Origin: a bacterium
GTDB lineage: Bacteria > UBA8248 > JACPRG01 > G963555815
Assembly: GCA_963555815.3 (NCBI GenBank)
Contig: CAUVWX020000002.1
Coordinates: 288,001-352,000 of the forward strand
DNA: 64,000 nucleotides
Direction of reading: 5' to 3'
Shown here piece by piece: positions 61,396-64,000 of this stretch. Each line of letters begins with the position of its first letter. The stretch's first letter is position 1. Position numbers and translations under genes: made by a program. The notes beneath the pieces were generated by a model. The model had not been told where the DNA came from, did no database searches, and worked only from the letters and a program-made list of their open reading frames with translations.

Positions 61396-61513
61396 GTCGT
61401 CTTCCCTAACAGGGTGTTTCACCTACCCTGGCGGACAGCTCCCTCCGCCGCCGATGGCGTTGAATATAGGAACTGAGAGCCCGATTTGCCAAGGGCAAAA
61501 TAGGCCCCCGGTC

Positions 61514-62281
61514 TTATTGGGTTGACCAGAGACGTTGCTGGAGAACCCAGGTGGTGGTCAGGAGCATCAGGACAATCCCCACCATCTGAGCTGCCCGGAA
61601 AGGCCCCAGCATCAAGCTATCTGCGCGGAAGGCCTCCACAACCAGGCGGCCTGCGGAATAAAGACCGACATAAAGAGCAAAGATGAACCCATCTCGATGG
61701 GGCCGCTTTCGAAGCTGCCAGAGAAGGACAAACCAAACGAGATTTAAGAGGAGTTCGTAAAGCATGGTGGGGTGGAGGGGGATCCCGGGGAATTGCTGGC
61801 CAGCGATGCTCTCCCTCGAGAAGACGATCCCCCAGGGTCTGGAGGTGGGGACGCCGTGGGCATCGCCGTTCATAAAGTTTCCGAACCGGCCGAGGGCTTG
61901 TCCCAGGATCAGGCTTGGAGCGATGGCGTCGGCCAACCGAAGGAAGGGAAATTTCCGGCGGCTTGCAAACCAAAGGGAGTAGAGGAAGCCGGCGATGACC
62001 CCGCCGTGGACGGCCAGACCCCCATGCCAGATGGCGGGGATCTCCGTAGGGTATTGGCCGTAAAAATCCCAGTTGAAGCTAACATAATAAACCCTCGCCC
62101 CAAGAATGCCGGCAAAGAGGGCAAGGAGGCCGAAGTTTGAGACATCGTCCTTCGTCAGTCCGAGGCCGAGGCGGTTTGACTCCATCTGGAGCAGTTTAAC
62201 GCCGACAAGGAGAGCGATGACGTACATGAGGCCGTAGTAACGGATCATGACGGGGCCAAATTCAAACAGGATAGGATCCAC
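61514..62281 (-). CDS. lgt: Prolipoprotein diacylglyceryl transferase
   Basis: 'YYGLMY', 'GGLAVHGG', 'GRFGNFMN', 'HPTMLYE'. Confidence 0.96.
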   Translation of the reverse strand: MDPILFEFGPVMIRYYGLMYVIALLVGVKLLQMESNRLGLGLTKDDVSNFGLLALFAGILGARVYYVSFNWDFYGQYPTEIPAIWHGGLAVHGGVIAGFLYSLWFASRRKFPFLRLADAIAPSLILGQALGRFGNFMNGDAHGVPTSRPWGIVFSRESIAGQQFPGIPLHPTMLYELLLNLVWFVLLWQLRKRPHRDGFIFALYVGLYSAGRLVVEAFRADSLMLGPFRAAQMVGIVLMLLTTTWVLQQRLWSTQ

Positions 62282-62355
62282 GGCCTTCCTCTTCTTCTAA
62301 ACCCCTCGGTGGTAAATCTCCCCGGATCTCCTCGCCAGAAATTCGGGCCATGCCC

Positions 62356-63768
62356 TCAGCGGGGGTCGTGGAGAATCATGAAGGAATTTCGACCTCCCCG
62401 GTTGACGAGGACCAAGACATCCATGGGGGCCTCGGCCAGGGCGTCTCTGAACTCCTTCTCGTTCGAGACGGTCGCCCCCTCAACCCTGGAGATAATGTCC
62501 CCCACTCGAAGCCCATCGAAGGCTGCCCCGCTGTTGGGAAGGATGGTGGAGACCCGGACTCCCGTGGTGTCGGTAGCCTGTTCGTGAAGGCGGGCCGCCT
62601 CCTGGTCTGTGAGCCCCTCGACCGATAGGCCGTATTCCGCAGGCGGAGCATCTACGGGCTGGATCCTCTCGCTGGGCCGGCCATCCTCTTCCAATTCCGC
62701 CATGATGACTTCTAGACGCTCAGGCTGCCCCTGCCGGAGGACCGTCAGGGTGACCCTGTTGCCCGGTGGGGTGGCGGCGGCGAGCCGCTGCAGAGCAGGG
62801 ACATCCTTTACGGGCGTTCCGTCATAGTTCCAGATCACGTCTCCCTGCTGGATGCCCGCCTGGGCGGCAGGTCCGTCCTCCAGTACGTCGCCTACCAGGG
62901 CCCCCCTGGGCTCAGGTGCGTGGAACTTTCCCGCTATCTCCGGGGTGACGGACTGGATGAGGACTCCCAGGAATCCCCGAACGACTCGGCCGTCTGCGAT
63001 GAGACTCTCTGCGACTTGGCGGGCCATATTGATGGGGATGGCAAATCCAATGCCACCACCTCGAACCAGGACCGCCGTATTGATCCCGATGACCTCTCCA
63101 TCCAGGTTAATGAGGGGACCACCGGAATTTCCGGGGCTGATGGCAGCATCCGTTTGGATGAAGTTCTCATAGTGGGTGATACCCATTCCGCTTCGTCCGA
63201 TGCCGCTGACGACTCCCACCGTGACCGTGCGCTCCAGCCCAAAGGGATGGCCGATGGCAATGGCCCACTGCCCCTTGCGAAGCTGGTCAGAGTCTCCAAG
63301 GTGGGCGACCGGCAGAGGGGCGCCTTTGGGGTGAATCCGGACCACTGCGAGGTCAGTCCGAGGGTCCGTCCCGACAGTTTCTCCGAAGTATTCACGCCCG
63401 TCGAGCAGAAGTACGCGGATCCTCCCTGCGCCCTGAACCACATGGTTGTTGGTCAGGATGTAGCCCCGGGAGTCGAAAATGATACCCGAGCCCGTCCCCC
63501 GTCTTGGGTAGTCTCTGGGGGGCGGCTGGGGGAGCCCTGGGGTGTCGGGGTGCTGAGTCCCTCTCGAGGTCCCAAGGTTGACCACGGCCGGGGCGACGTC
63601 CTCGGCAATCCGGACAAAACTTTCCTGAAGGTTCAAGGCCTCCGGGTGAGGGGCAATCTCCTCACCGGCTTGCGCTCCAGGATTTCCAAACACCAAGAGA
63701 AGAAACAGTGGCCCAGCGGACAAGAAAGAAATGACACGCCCCAGGGTTCGAAAGAACAGCATCTCCAA
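62356..63768 (-). CDS. Do/DegP/DegQ-family periplasmic serine protease
   Basis: Signal peptide; 'TNNHV', 'TDLAV', 'PGNSGGP'; two PDZ domains. Confidence 0.95.
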   Translation of the reverse strand: MEMLFFRTLGRVISFLSAGPLFLLLVFGNPGAQAGEEIAPHPEALNLQESFVRIAEDVAPAVVNLGTSRGTQHPDTPGLPQPPPRDYPRRGTGSGIIFDSRGYILTNNHVVQGAGRIRVLLLDGREYFGETVGTDPRTDLAVVRIHPKGAPLPVAHLGDSDQLRKGQWAIAIGHPFGLERTVTVGVVSGIGRSGMGITHYENFIQTDAAISPGNSGGPLINLDGEVIGINTAVLVRGGGIGFAIPINMARQVAESLIADGRVVRGFLGVLIQSVTPEIAGKFHAPEPRGALVGDVLEDGPAAQAGIQQGDVIWNYDGTPVKDVPALQRLAAATPPGNRVTLTVLRQGQPERLEVIMAELEEDGRPSERIQPVDAPPAEYGLSVEGLTDQEAARLHEQATDTTGVRVSTILPNSGAAFDGLRVGDIISRVEGATVSNEKEFRDALAEAPMDVLVLVNRGGRNSFMILHDPR

Positions 63769-64000
63769 ACTCCTCAGTTCAGGGTATCTCAGACCCTATA
63801 CCGGCCCATCAAAGCAGGGGGAATTAGATTCCTAAGCATAACCGCCCCTGAACCGGCGTTTCAACCTCCTCAGGTGCATCGATCCGTTTTCATTGACCAT
63901 CAAATCCCACCATCATATTGATATTATTGTGAAATATACATTATTCCAAATCTCGTTCTGAACCTGCCTTCTACAGTCTGTAATCAAAACGAAAGCGGAT

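Overview
GC-rich chromosomal window from a diderm bacterium (lpxC, lolA, lgt and lapA present; lineage not assignable from sequence alone). It holds about 56 protein-coding genes, mostly housekeeping. I recognised no rRNA, tRNA, CRISPR array or mobile element. The window spans the replication terminus: a clear XerCD dif site sits at 39742-39769, gene orientation flips there (34 of 35 genes on + before it, 16 of 21 on - after it), and KOPS-like GGGNAGGG octamers mostly point toward it. The left arm carries holA, rpsT, murJ, xerD, phoH-pgpH-ybeY-HIT-lapA-mutS, DUF4390-ntrY-[ntrX::lpxC]-purMN, rhomboid-lolA-rseP-ispG-proS and rimP-nusA-infB-rbfA-truB-rpsO-pnp. It ends with a five-gene exported peptidoglycan-remodelling cluster (TPR-amidase, TPR, LPP20-like, FlgT-like, TPR-SpoIID). 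The right arm carries btpA, an M20 amidohydrolase, a carbamoyltransferase/GT2/YfhO/FGE glycosylation module, lipid-metabolism genes, hemB, miaB, an internally deleted mgtC, a ROK kinase, a nitrilase-family enzyme, secA, lgt and a DegP/DegQ protease. The best candidate for an undescribed system is one in-frame protein that joins an intact receiver domain, a degenerate sigma54 AAA+ domain and an HTH to an intact LpxC, directly behind an NtrY-type kinase. I infer direct two-component control of the committed step of lipid A synthesis. Single-base indels in several genes (infB, purM, hemB, SpoIID, TPR) suggest long-read consensus errors, so single-nucleotide claims need checking against reads.
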